A DNA stretch of 64,000 bases from a virus. Where the stretch lies: IMG/VR virus record IMGVR_UViG_3300018059_000546. One strand, given 5' to 3'. Under the pieces are notes generated by a model. That model had not been told where the DNA came from. It made no database searches and saw only the letters and a list, made by a program, of their open reading frames with translations. Position numbers and translations under genes: made by a program. Below, piece after piece: positions 27,738 to 37,202 of this stretch. The stretch's first letter is position 1; each line of letters starts with the position of its first letter.

Positions 27738-28982
27738 TTAGAAATCGAGGCGAATTCTAATTGTCAGATCTCTTTCGCTGCTCTTTTCTATGGGACGGGA
27801 CATCTTCGCAACGGCAAGAAGGTTATCATTGGCATCGTATAACCCCAAAGTAGTAGGCATCGTGAACGAGGTCTGGCTATCTTCTTGTCCGTTCTCAATG
27901 ACAACAATTTTGTTGCTACTGTCGATGTAGGTTGGATTGCTTGAATAGTTGAATTCGTCTGCCGAAGCCCGGCAGAACACAAGCATAGAATTAATTGTCG
28001 TAACATTCTGGAAGGTCATTGCTGAAAGTGAACCAGAATGGAAACGCACACCGCAGAGATGATCCAGAATGTCATCTATTGACCCCGAAACAAGGAAGTC
28101 TGGGATGAACGTCGCCGTATTATTTTCTGATCTGGGACCACCGATGAGAGTCTGTCCGGCGTTGAAGTTTAATCCACCCGTCGACATACCGTCGATGACA
28201 CCTGATACGAACTGGGTTCCTGATACGATCTTGGCAAGGTCGAATACGGCGATTCCTCTATCGTAGAACATTAATCCTACAGAGGTCGACGTGTTAGAAG
28301 AATCGACAATGCTGCCAACTTCTCCACCAGCGACGAAGTTACGATTGTTAGACGACCCAACGTCAGTGTAGATAAACGTAGCAGAAGAAATTTCAATAGA
28401 TCCTGTGAGAGGTCTACCAAGGTTCGGAACGAGAGTACCTCCACCTTGTGTACCAATCGATGGGGCTCGGTTGAAGAACTTCAGGGCGAATGTTTCCCGC
28501 TTGATCTTGTCACGAGCAAAGAGTCGACGGAAGCACACGAACATTGCTGCATCTATCTTGTCAGTAGTCGTTGTAGAGTCGAACGGGGCAACGAACTGTG
28601 CCGTTGCATCTCCAAGCAGGACTTGAGAGAACTGCCTATAGACGTTCACTTTTTCTCTCATCATGAGAGAACTAGACGGAAATAGAAGTTTTCCAGCCGA
28701 ATCAGTTCCGAGCTTAGAACTGTTGACGATCGAACCTGATTCGAATAACCCTACTGTCACATCGAAGATGGGGTTAGCTGTTTGGAGGGTGAAGTCCTGG
28801 TCGTATACTGTCTGAAACAGGGACGATGTCACTCCTGGACCAACGCCACCCGTGACAAAGTGTTGGTAAGCCTTTCTAGTAGACGATCCAGAAATGTCAT
28901 TCTGAAGAACGTCGATTAATTGGTTCAAAAACGCCCGCGAGGAACGGATATCGTCAGAGCTTAGTTCTTTGTAAGTTGCCAC
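27738..28982 (-). CDS. Virion structural protein (baseplate/tail-like)
   Basis: EFNYSSNPTY...TTLGLYDANDNLLAVAKMSRPIEK; the C-terminus parallels 25287..27680 and both end in DF. Confidence 0.65.
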   Translation of the reverse strand: MATYKELSSDDIRSSRAFLNQLIDVLQNDISGSSTRKAYQHFVTGGVGPGVTSSLFQTVYDQDFTLQTANPIFDVTVGLFESGSIVNSSKLGTDSAGKLLFPSSSLMMREKVNVYRQFSQVLLGDATAQFVAPFDSTTTTDKIDAAMFVCFRRLFARDKIKRETFALKFFNRAPSIGTQGGGTLVPNLGRPLTGSIEISSATFIYTDVGSSNNRNFVAGGEVGSIVDSSNTSTSVGLMFYDRGIAVFDLAKIVSGTQFVSGVIDGMSTGGLNFNAGQTLIGGPRSENNTATFIPDFLVSGSIDDILDHLCGVRFHSGSLSAMTFQNVTTINSMLVFCRASADEFNYSSNPTYIDSSNKIVVIENGQEDSQTSFTMPTTLGLYDANDNLLAVAKMSRPIEKSSERDLTIRIRLDF

Positions 28983-29035
28983 GTTTTTATGAGTCCTTTC
29001 CTAAATAGACACAAAACGATGAATTCGGTAAAAGT

Positions 29036-29368
29036 TCATTGGCTGATGACATCGTAATAATATTCTTTCACAGTCAGATCGACGTTTCCGAGAGAAGCTT
29101 GATTGTTATCGAAAAATGTGTCTTTTCGATAGTAAATCACCTTGGGAGTTCCGCCTACGAGGATCGTCTGACCCACATGGAAGTCTTTTTCGGTTGTCTT
29201 CAGAATCGTGATAACTTCATTTTGTTTGATGTCTAGCAACATCATCGAACCTTCTTGATCTCCCAAGAAACCATGAAGATTCCAATCATGTCGCTCATAG
29301 AACAAATGGAGCCGAACAGGATTTTTGAACTTGATGACAGACCCTACAGGGAGCTCAGACGTTTTCAT
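29036..29368 (-). CDS. Hypothetical protein
   Basis: ATG 29368 overlaps the upstream stop; MKTSELPVGSVIKF... Confidence 0.55.
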   Translation of the reverse strand: MKTSELPVGSVIKFKNPVRLHLFYERHDWNLHGFLGDQEGSMMLLDIKQNEVITILKTTEKDFHVGQTILVGGTPKVIYYRKDTFFDNNQASLGNVDLTVKEYYYDVISQ

Positions 29369-29784
29369 TTGATCCTGTAACCAGGATCTCCATTGAACTC
29401 TGTCAGACCTGGATTTGCATTCTTGATGCAATCGATGACAGATTCTCTAGTTTCTGAAACTTCGAGATGAATCCACTGCTTGTCAGTGATCCTGAACAAT
29501 TTAGGACCGGCTTTAGATCCGATGAACATACCATTGAGAAGCATGTCCTTTCTCATCTTTCTAATGATAGCATTAGGTTTGTCGAGGTTTTCGTCCAAAC
29601 CATGCCAGTAGACACCATCCAGCTGGACGTAGACATCGAACGCAGGAACGTACATGTCAATCCGTTGGTCGTGCAGTCTAACCTGGGCTTTGATGTCCGG
29701 AAAATGGGTCTTAAGAAAGTTCAACAATCGGGTTTCCGGCCCTGAAATGTACTTGTTCCTGGTCTGACGACGTTTTTTGGCCAT
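29365..29784 (-). CDS. Stand-alone Vsr/DUF559-like endonuclease domain
   Basis: SGPE...IDMYVPAFDVYVQLDGVYWHGLD...LFRITD, paralogous to the C-terminus of 1368..2147. Confidence 0.7.
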   Translation of the reverse strand: MAKKRRQTRNKYISGPETRLLNFLKTHFPDIKAQVRLHDQRIDMYVPAFDVYVQLDGVYWHGLDENLDKPNAIIRKMRKDMLLNGMFIGSKAGPKLFRITDKQWIHLEVSETRESVIDCIKNANPGLTEFNGDPGYRIK

Positions 29785-29799
29785 CAGATCTAAATAGGT

Positions 29800-29922
29800 T
29801 CACACGATGCGCTTACGATCGTGTCTCTTTTGCTGTGAATCTCTTATTTTTTGCAGAATCTTTTCAGAGTACTTTCGACCTGCGTGCTGTAGACTTTTAG
29901 CTTCTTCTGACCATCTACAACC
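29800..29922 (-). pseudogene. NUMOD3-like homing endonuclease remnant
   Basis: Start-less frame GCRWSEEAKSLQHAGRKYSEKILQKIRDSQQKRHDRKRIV*. Confidence 0.45.
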
Positions 29923-30639
29923 TTACAACGTTTTATTTACGTTTACCTTGAACTCGCGCACGGCCCCAGACTGAACTCCGGTGACTTTCACGTAACTCGA
30001 GATGATGTTCTTATTGCTCGAGCTGCCGAAGACAGTGAACTGGGCATCTGTGAGGCTCTTGACAGAAATAGTAAACTGCAACCGAGAACCATTCTGACTG
30101 TTCTCTGCAGCAGAGCGAGCCAGAATGTAAGTAGACTTCTGGTTTCCGTCCACATTATCGGGAGACTGACGAAGAATTTGTAAGAACATGTTGTTCATTT
30201 CAATGATGAATGTTTGATCTCTCAACTCCACGTCGATGGTGGTTTCGTTGGTTATAGTCTGCTCCACAAGGACTGTGGAGGTCTTCGAAAGGTTTCGACC
30301 TAAGGTTACCGTGCTGGCTGAGGAGTCGACGTTGCTGTCGCCAGAGAGCGACAGAGATGGTAGACGAATGAGGTTGGGATTCGAAATGCTAATGCATTTG
30401 TACTTCAAAGCGTAGTTTTGATTGGTCAAAGCTTCGAGAATGGGAGTATTCTTCTCGATTTTTTCCTTACCGACAGTACGACCGTACTTCTGAATGATCG
30501 AGTAATCTACCTCATCGTCACCCATCGCAAACTTCACTATTGAAAACGATCCATCATTACGAGCGATGAATTGTCTTCCAAGATCTGTTAAAACTGCATC
30601 TAAGATCAGATTAGACGTCGTCGAGTCCAGTAGCCCCAT
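29923..30639 (-). CDS. Virion structural protein (baseplate/tail-like)
   Basis: ILDAVLTDLGRQFIA...IVKFAMGDDEVDY, resembling the N-terminus of tail-collar-fibre proteins. Confidence 0.65.
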   Translation of the reverse strand: MGLLDSTTSNLILDAVLTDLGRQFIARNDGSFSIVKFAMGDDEVDYSIIQKYGRTVGKEKIEKNTPILEALTNQNYALKYKCISISNPNLIRLPSLSLSGDSNVDSSASTVTLGRNLSKTSTVLVEQTITNETTIDVELRDQTFIIEMNNMFLQILRQSPDNVDGNQKSTYILARSAAENSQNGSRLQFTISVKSLTDAQFTVFGSSSNKNIISSYVKVTGVQSGAVREFKVNVNKTL

Positions 30640-30646
30640 GATATTA

Positions 30647-30853
30647 TTATCCTTTTTGTCCGAGCTTTTTTAAGGTCGAAATATTTTCTCGACTTCTTGC
30701 GAATGAAAACTTCCCAATAGAATCTTCGCTCTTGATTATACGAAGCGCTTTACGAGCACTCATACGTTCTGGTTTAAATAGCATGCATGCATCTTCTACT
30801 GAAAGTAGAAGTGCATGCAACCTCACCATTTTAAATGATTTAGAAACTTTCAT
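30647..30853 (-). CDS. Small hypothetical protein
   Basis: MKVSKSFKMVRL...; ATG 1 nt after the stop of 30855..31022. Confidence 0.4.
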   Translation of the reverse strand: MKVSKSFKMVRLHALLLSVEDACMLFKPERMSARKALRIIKSEDSIGKFSFARSRENISTLKKLGQKG

Positions 30854-30854
30854 C

Positions 30855-31022
30855 TCACTGCTTGTTCGTAGCGAGCAAAAGCCATTCGAATCCGTGTACC
30901 AGCGACACAGAACCGCCCAGAGCAACAATTTGCCAAGCTCCCGTGTAGATTCCGTAGGACATGATGACAGCCCCAATACCAATTTCTACTCCAAACAACA
31001 TCGGAAGAACCTTGCTTCTCAT
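30855..31022 (-). CDS. 55-aa putative two-helix membrane protein
   Basis: Not in the track. Reads MRSKVLPMLFGVEIGIGAVIMSYGIYTGAWQIVALGGSVSLVHGFEWLLLATNKQ, abutting the upstream stop. Confidence 0.55.
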   Translation of the reverse strand: MRSKVLPMLFGVEIGIGAVIMSYGIYTGAWQIVALGGSVSLVHGFEWLLLATNKQ

Positions 31023-31637
31023 TTAGTTCACCGTCCCAGAATTCTCTTCATCCCCAACCGTCTGAATGTTCCATTCAGAACACTCACATTCGAGCTGCCA
31101 TTTGATGGGTTCAGCTCGAGTATAATCTAACACCATCAGAGGATAGATAGCAATCGGACGAACTTTCATCTTCCAAACTTCTAGGATAGTTCCAACAGAA
31201 TCGACGATCTTGACACTCAGGTCAGTCGACATTCCAGTCATCAGAGATGCAAGTCTAGCTACCATGGATCCGCCGACAACGTCGTAGAAAGACATACGGA
31301 CAGATCCGAAAACTGTGACTTCCTTATCTAGCTCAGTATCCCGAGCCCGGATGGTGCTGGGAGGAGAGAGATCCGCAACTAAGAAGGGTTCGATATCTCC
31401 AAGGTTAGCAATCCAAAGGTTCGTCCGGCATGAATTCATCATTGGAGCACAGAGATCTTTGATCTGACCCATATGGGTCGGTCGACCTTTTTCGGGTTGC
31501 TTGAATAACTTTACAATTTCATCGAAGTGAACCCGAGCGTCGGGTGGAAGCTTGTCCCGAAACGAGAGTTTTCGAATTCCCGTCCACACTAAAAATGAAT
31601 TCCAAACTGACAGCAGACGTAACCATGCAAATCTCAT
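31023..31637 (-). CDS. Divergent tail-tube-like (gp19-fold) protein
   Basis: VRMSFYD...LSVKIVDSVGTILEVWKM-x-x-x-P...LDY...W, a pattern typical of gp19-like tubes, after an unrelated N-terminus. Confidence 0.5.
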   Translation of the reverse strand: MRFAWLRLLSVWNSFLVWTGIRKLSFRDKLPPDARVHFDEIVKLFKQPEKGRPTHMGQIKDLCAPMMNSCRTNLWIANLGDIEPFLVADLSPPSTIRARDTELDKEVTVFGSVRMSFYDVVGGSMVARLASLMTGMSTDLSVKIVDSVGTILEVWKMKVRPIAIYPLMVLDYTRAEPIKWQLECECSEWNIQTVGDEENSGTVN

Positions 31638-31650
31638 AGAAATATAGTAC

Positions 31651-33486
31651 TCAGCTTCCTCGTTCAAGTTTAGCCGTGGAGTTGTCTATTTCTCTCAAAT
31701 CATCGATCGCTATGTTTACATCTTGTTGTTTCTGCAAATCTAGATTGATGAACTGGAATCTGTATGATCCTCCAGATCGACTCGTGGTCATGAACTTTAG
31801 GTCATTTCCTTGAGAATCGTAGACCACGTAATGTTCTGGATCGAATGCGATCTTTAGAGTGTGGTATCCGGATGTAACGATCGAATCTAAGAACGTATCT
31901 GCTAGCAAGAACATGTTCGGATAAGCTTTTGGAGCTCCCGAAGCTGAGATTCTCTTCAAAACCATTCTGTTTTTGAACCGATCGAAGGTAACCTGATACT
32001 GTTCAGCGTAGCTTGATGTCAATCCATGTGCATCAATCGAACAGACTGTGTAGATGAAGTTCGAATCCTTCGAAAAATCATCATCGACGTACGTAAGACG
32101 AGGATTAAGATTTTGTTTGATGAGATTTACGAAGTACTGTTCCAGCTGAATTGCTTTGACAACCGAATCGTCGAAATCGACTAAACTCATCAGTTGGAAC
32201 GGCTCTGAGATGTCTCGTCTTCTGAAGACTTGGAACTTCTTGATATCTCTCTGCCTGTTAGGCGGAAAAGTCCACGTCAGGTTTAACTTAACTTCGTCGT
32301 AATCCCAGATGAACTTGATATCAGCGGGAGGAGGAGGCGGAACTAGCTCAGAGCACGTGACGTTTAAGGACTTTGACGGTCTAGAGCTAATTAAGAACTT
32401 AGCGACTACCAATTCACCGGTATCTTCTACAATGGAAGGAATGGTAAAGAGAGCTACAGATCTGATAGAATACACGTACTGTCCGTAGTATCTGATTTTC
32501 ACATCTATCGTGCTAGTCGATGTAGGATCTTCTATGACAATACTATCGATTTTGTCCAGAGTTCTATTCTCACGTACAACGTACTTGTCGATGATGTAGC
32601 CGACTATTTGGACCTCAGAAGACACAGTGTACGTCGACTTCAACTTGAATGCTTCGATGTGATTTCCGAAGGTTCTGTAATCGTCCGACACCAAATCTCT
32701 CTGCGTGCGTGAGCGGGCATTTTTTTGAATGTCGACCGATATGGCATACGTCTTCACAAACTGATCTGAGAATATAGAATACGGGGACGAAAGTTGGCCC
32801 TTCATAAGGGTCGCAACGAACTTGTTGTTGATCTGGATGTTCAGATTCACGTCCTTCAACCTGTTGACAACATCGTTTCTGATGCGTTGAGAATTCTTCT
32901 CAAAGAAGAAGACGTTATTTTCGCTAGGTTGCACGAGGTATTTAGACAAGAATTTGTGAGTCACATCATCTGATGTGATAGCATTCGTGGCAAGGGCGAG
33001 TTCCTGTTGAGTAGATTTTTCTACGTACTTCCGTTCGTTATTCAAAAACTCAGCAGTACCAGAAATGGCTGTGTAGAGTTTTCTATCTATCGATTGATCG
33101 TTGAGGTTGATGCTGGTGAATTCTTTCCCCGCAAAAGAACTCTCATCCATTACCTTGTCTAGATTGTCTCCGATTAACGTAGAAGCAACTTGAAAGCTGA
33201 TCCTAGTCTTCAGAATTTGCGCTTCGTCGACCATACTTGTTTCAGCATTCATGATCACAGGTGTCCAGGTCAATCGGGCGTACCGAGGGATCCTCAGAGC
33301 TACGCTTTCTACGAATTTAGAGTCGACAGTCTCGCCAGCTTTTTCTAGAAGTCTCCGAGGTACAGATCCGTCCTCGGTGATTCCTTCGTCTGGAACGAAG
33401 AAATTGTAGCGGAACTCTGCAGTTAAGTTCTTCACATCTGGAACATCGATGATGTAAGTTTCTTTAGATGGAAGAGAAACGCTCAT
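31651..33486 (-). CDS. Large putative virion protein with FN3/Ig-like domains
   Basis: PPPPADIKF...LNLTW...FQVFRR...YVD...YTVCSIDAHGLTS. Confidence 0.6.
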   Translation of the reverse strand: MSVSLPSKETYIIDVPDVKNLTAEFRYNFFVPDEGITEDGSVPRRLLEKAGETVDSKFVESVALRIPRYARLTWTPVIMNAETSMVDEAQILKTRISFQVASTLIGDNLDKVMDESSFAGKEFTSINLNDQSIDRKLYTAISGTAEFLNNERKYVEKSTQQELALATNAITSDDVTHKFLSKYLVQPSENNVFFFEKNSQRIRNDVVNRLKDVNLNIQINNKFVATLMKGQLSSPYSIFSDQFVKTYAISVDIQKNARSRTQRDLVSDDYRTFGNHIEAFKLKSTYTVSSEVQIVGYIIDKYVVRENRTLDKIDSIVIEDPTSTSTIDVKIRYYGQYVYSIRSVALFTIPSIVEDTGELVVAKFLISSRPSKSLNVTCSELVPPPPPADIKFIWDYDEVKLNLTWTFPPNRQRDIKKFQVFRRRDISEPFQLMSLVDFDDSVVKAIQLEQYFVNLIKQNLNPRLTYVDDDFSKDSNFIYTVCSIDAHGLTSSYAEQYQVTFDRFKNRMVLKRISASGAPKAYPNMFLLADTFLDSIVTSGYHTLKIAFDPEHYVVYDSQGNDLKFMTTSRSGGSYRFQFINLDLQKQQDVNIAIDDLREIDNSTAKLERGS

Positions 33487-36400
33487 ACGAGATCTCCCAT
33501 AACAGTTTCAAGAGTGACAAAGTACTTCTCGAAAACTGCGTCATTTTCCTTTGGGTTTTTGTCAAGAAGTTTAAGACGAGTCATCATGTTAGTTTGCGTT
33601 GATCGAACAATACTCTGTTCCAGAGGTTCGATCACTTTTCCTGCTGAAAAGAGAGACTCTAACATATCCTTGCCTGAGTCAGTCTTGATCGTTTCTTGAT
33701 GATCAATATCAAAGTCATCAGGATCTACAAATAGATTGAAGATTCTGTCGAACATCTTTGGTTTCATGAGCCGTTTAGCTTCTTGCAGTGTATCAGAATA
33801 GAGAGTTTTCATTTTTATCGCGTCTACGATAACCTTTTTCTGGTTTTCTTCGCTCTTAACAGGGGCTACTGCCAGCCCAATGAAAGCATCATTAGATGCT
33901 GTTGTAGCCCTATCACCTGTAGATGCGATAGCAAACTGTGCCAGGTTCTTAGTGTTCACAGAAACCGTAGTTCCAGGAGCTGGTGTAACAGGTGCAATCT
34001 TGGGAGCACTCTCATCGATCAATTTATTGACAATTATCTGCGACATGGTCCCGATCTTTGAATCGCTTTCATCGATCAAAAAGTCAAGTTCGTTAACCGA
34101 AAATCCTGACAGAAGCTTCATGTACAGTTCAAGCATGTGACTTCGAATGTGGTTGGCCATCAATTCATCTTTTTGTTTGACAGTCAAGAAATTGTACTCC
34201 GAACTCTGGTACAAAGGAGAGATATTTCCAAACGTCATTCCAGATTGCTGATTTGAATCACTTATGATCGAATAATCTCTCATGGGAATAGAATCAGAAA
34301 TTGCTTTCTCCGATGCACCGTTCTTCACAGGCAAGTACGAAGAATAGTCTTTCGATACAAATCTGCTCAATTCGAACAGAAAAGTTTGGGGTTTGAAGAC
34401 GATATTTTGGTATCGAATATCAACTTTGTAGACACTGACTTTGATGATATCTCCTTCTTTATCATTCAGAGTTTGTTGCGTGACGTTAGAAAGAGCGATC
34501 TTCTCCTTCAAATATCTTTGAAACCCTTGTGGAACTCCCACAGTCAAAATTCGAGAATTGAACCCTTTGTTGAGAGAGAATTGCTCATTGGAAAAGTACT
34601 CGTATAGAGTTTGTTTGACGTCTCCTGGAACTAGAAAATCATCAAAGAGAACAAGGTCATTCTGCGACGTTTTCATGTATGTTGCAGCAACGTCTAGTCT
34701 ACTAATATCTTTTTTGTAGTTTTGTCTAGCCCTAGCGTTGTACTTGCTATTGATGTCATCAATAGCATTCTTGACTAGATTTATCTGGGGCTCATTCATA
34801 AGAAGAGAAAGTTGATCATTCGATCCAACGACCTTCAAAATGTCGTTTAGCGACTTGATGTTATCTGCTCTTTGTAAACTTGCGATTCCATTCCTCATAG
34901 CATTTTGCAACGAATCGAACATGTTCAAATGAGTCAGAATAATTTTTATCACTAAGTCATTTTCGAACTTCAATTTGTTTGATATGATCTCAAAGAACGA
35001 TTTTCTAACAAGCGTGTACGATGTTAGGTTAGAAAAGTGGAATACGTCCGCTCCTCTTGTCGCAAGAGGAGCGGTAAAAGCTGCAATCGACGAGGCGAAG
35101 CTGACAGCTTTCTTTTCATTCAACCTTGAAAACGTTGAAAACATCATTTCGAAGATTGCCATAATCAACGTGGACGTCGACATTCCAGAGTATCTCGTAA
35201 CTCCATCATCGATGCATTTAGAAGAAACAAACGTATCGTAAATGACACCTAGTTGTGCTGAGAACTGGTTGGTGAATTCGCTCTTGTCTTTTAATTCTGT
35301 GATTATAGATGCTGCTACTTTTGTAGAGACACCATTTCCCCCACCAATCGACCGTAAAATTGTGGTCGATCCAGCAGATGTATTTGTCTTCAATCTTTTT
35401 GTGATTTCGTCTGTTATGAATTCGACAACAGCCCAGGCAGATTGTTGAAAAGCGTTATCTCCCTCAAGCCCATGACTTCTAACGTAGAAGTACAAGAAAA
35501 GAAGAGCCTTTAAGTAAGAATCTGTGGTCGCTTTGTCGAACAAAATTCCGAGATTAGAATTTGCGAATACGGCTTTCAATTCTTTGGTCGAAGGATCAAG
35601 AAATGTGTTCATCACGGTTTCAAACAACGACTTCGAATTGCTAACTTTTTCTCCGTATGCAGTATCATTGTTGAACGAACTCTGAAGACGTGGGATCAAG
35701 TATTTATACAGCGTCGATTGAATCTTCGTTTGGCTATCTGCGATAATCCTGATTTCATTCGGATTCTTTAAATCGAGTCCGGTCGTAGAAATTTTCAGAG
35801 CTTCGTCTACGTAGAAAACTGATCCTGGCGAGAAAATGCTAGCATCATAATCGATGTAATCAGTTTCGAATGTCAGGACTATAAAATCTCCCTTGCTCTG
35901 TTGGGCGACGCTCATGGCAGCGTTCGGACTCAATGAATAAACATTGTCTATGATTCTATTTCCTGGTTGCCCGATGAACGAATCGAACATCCTTGTATTG
36001 CCGGCTTTGCTCGTTCGATATCCAAATGTTTGTTCCGAAAAGCGTACGAATGAATCATCAGCAAAAGCGTACGAATAGCTGTATTCTTTCGAGATAATAT
36101 GGTAGAGCAATGCAATGCGATCATCTGACGTAGCTGCTTTTATCGAGTTAATTTGATTGAAGGCTGCTGTAACCTTTGCGGCTAGTCCAGTGATCGTTGC
36201 AGACTTGGCTTGCGCTAGATCTGTTGGAGAAACATCAGTAATATTAGAAAGGTCCCTGTTGATATCGATGATCTTCGTCTTAGTCATCGACGTCGGATCT
36301 GTATCTTTTAATTTTTGAGAACCATCGAGACCAGTCATTTCATCAGAAGCGCATACTAATAACTTCTTCAATTCGTACAATGACTGAAGATACGTTTTTG

Positions 36401-37202
36401 TATTAGAGAAATTGTTGGCGTTTGCTTCTGTGAATCCACACTCTCCAAGAATCTTGAAGAATCCAGTACTAGCCTCAAAGCTTGCAATGATCTCTCCCAC
36501 AAGACCGTCGGTGTATGATTTGAAGTAGTTGTAGACTAACCTGACATAATCGACTTTCGTTCGATTGTTTCGAAGGTTAAGAAACTGTTTGAGGTTTTCT
36601 AGCGTGATTACTACACTTCGAAGGAAATTTACTTGTGATGTCACCTTGTCGAGATGGGCTAAAAACTGATCTTCACCGTCTACTAATAGAGCTGATGCGT
36701 CCTTGTTTTCTTTCATGCTAGAGATCAACTTAACGAATGCTTCGTACTTTAGATTGATCATCTGAATCTGAGCGTCTATCAACTCACCTTCGTTAGTCAA
36801 AGTTTTGAACTGTCCGCTCTCTCTTCCAACAACGTCTTCTCTTTTCTCGTCTGCGAACAATGGTTTGAAAGTCATTGTCATAACGATTTCTGGACGCGTC
36901 GTAGTCAGACCAGTCAGGTCTTCGTATGGTTTGAATTTTGGAAATGGGTGGGTTAGAGCAACAGGATCGTAGTTAGCAAGAAGCTTGTGTATGTAGCTTT
37001 GCTGGATTGAATGGTAATTCGATTCAAATTTACTAGATTTGTCTAGAGCAAAAACGTCTATGTTCGACTTTAGATTCACACTAGTTTTGGTTGATTTTCC
37101 CTCAGCATCAAGAAATGAAACAGTTGGGGTTGCAGCGGCTACTACAGGTTGCGTGCTGATATTCCCGAAAGATACAGCGTTAGATTTGAAGATTATGCTC
37201 AT
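33483..37202 (-). CDS. Very large hypothetical (putative virion) protein, 1239 aa
   Basis: Long uninterrupted ORF with ATGA overlaps on both sides. Confidence 0.75.
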   Translation of the reverse strand: MSIIFKSNAVSFGNISTQPVVAAATPTVSFLDAEGKSTKTSVNLKSNIDVFALDKSSKFESNYHSIQQSYIHKLLANYDPVALTHPFPKFKPYEDLTGLTTTRPEIVMTMTFKPLFADEKREDVVGRESGQFKTLTNEGELIDAQIQMINLKYEAFVKLISSMKENKDASALLVDGEDQFLAHLDKVTSQVNFLRSVVITLENLKQFLNLRNNRTKVDYVRLVYNYFKSYTDGLVGEIIASFEASTGFFKILGECGFTEANANNFSNTKTYLQSLYELKKLLVCASDEMTGLDGSQKLKDTDPTSMTKTKIIDINRDLSNITDVSPTDLAQAKSATITGLAAKVTAAFNQINSIKAATSDDRIALLYHIISKEYSYSYAFADDSFVRFSEQTFGYRTSKAGNTRMFDSFIGQPGNRIIDNVYSLSPNAAMSVAQQSKGDFIVLTFETDYIDYDASIFSPGSVFYVDEALKISTTGLDLKNPNEIRIIADSQTKIQSTLYKYLIPRLQSSFNNDTAYGEKVSNSKSLFETVMNTFLDPSTKELKAVFANSNLGILFDKATTDSYLKALLFLYFYVRSHGLEGDNAFQQSAWAVVEFITDEITKRLKTNTSAGSTTILRSIGGGNGVSTKVAASIITELKDKSEFTNQFSAQLGVIYDTFVSSKCIDDGVTRYSGMSTSTLIMAIFEMMFSTFSRLNEKKAVSFASSIAAFTAPLATRGADVFHFSNLTSYTLVRKSFFEIISNKLKFENDLVIKIILTHLNMFDSLQNAMRNGIASLQRADNIKSLNDILKVVGSNDQLSLLMNEPQINLVKNAIDDINSKYNARARQNYKKDISRLDVAATYMKTSQNDLVLFDDFLVPGDVKQTLYEYFSNEQFSLNKGFNSRILTVGVPQGFQRYLKEKIALSNVTQQTLNDKEGDIIKVSVYKVDIRYQNIVFKPQTFLFELSRFVSKDYSSYLPVKNGASEKAISDSIPMRDYSIISDSNQQSGMTFGNISPLYQSSEYNFLTVKQKDELMANHIRSHMLELYMKLLSGFSVNELDFLIDESDSKIGTMSQIIVNKLIDESAPKIAPVTPAPGTTVSVNTKNLAQFAIASTGDRATTASNDAFIGLAVAPVKSEENQKKVIVDAIKMKTLYSDTLQEAKRLMKPKMFDRIFNLFVDPDDFDIDHQETIKTDSGKDMLESLFSAGKVIEPLEQSIVRSTQTNMMTRLKLLDKNPKENDAVFEKYFVTLETVMGDLV

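Noticed and set aside
30647-30982. Single 111-aa track ORF
   Set aside because: Better explained by two abutting ORFs, 30855..31022 and 30647..30853.
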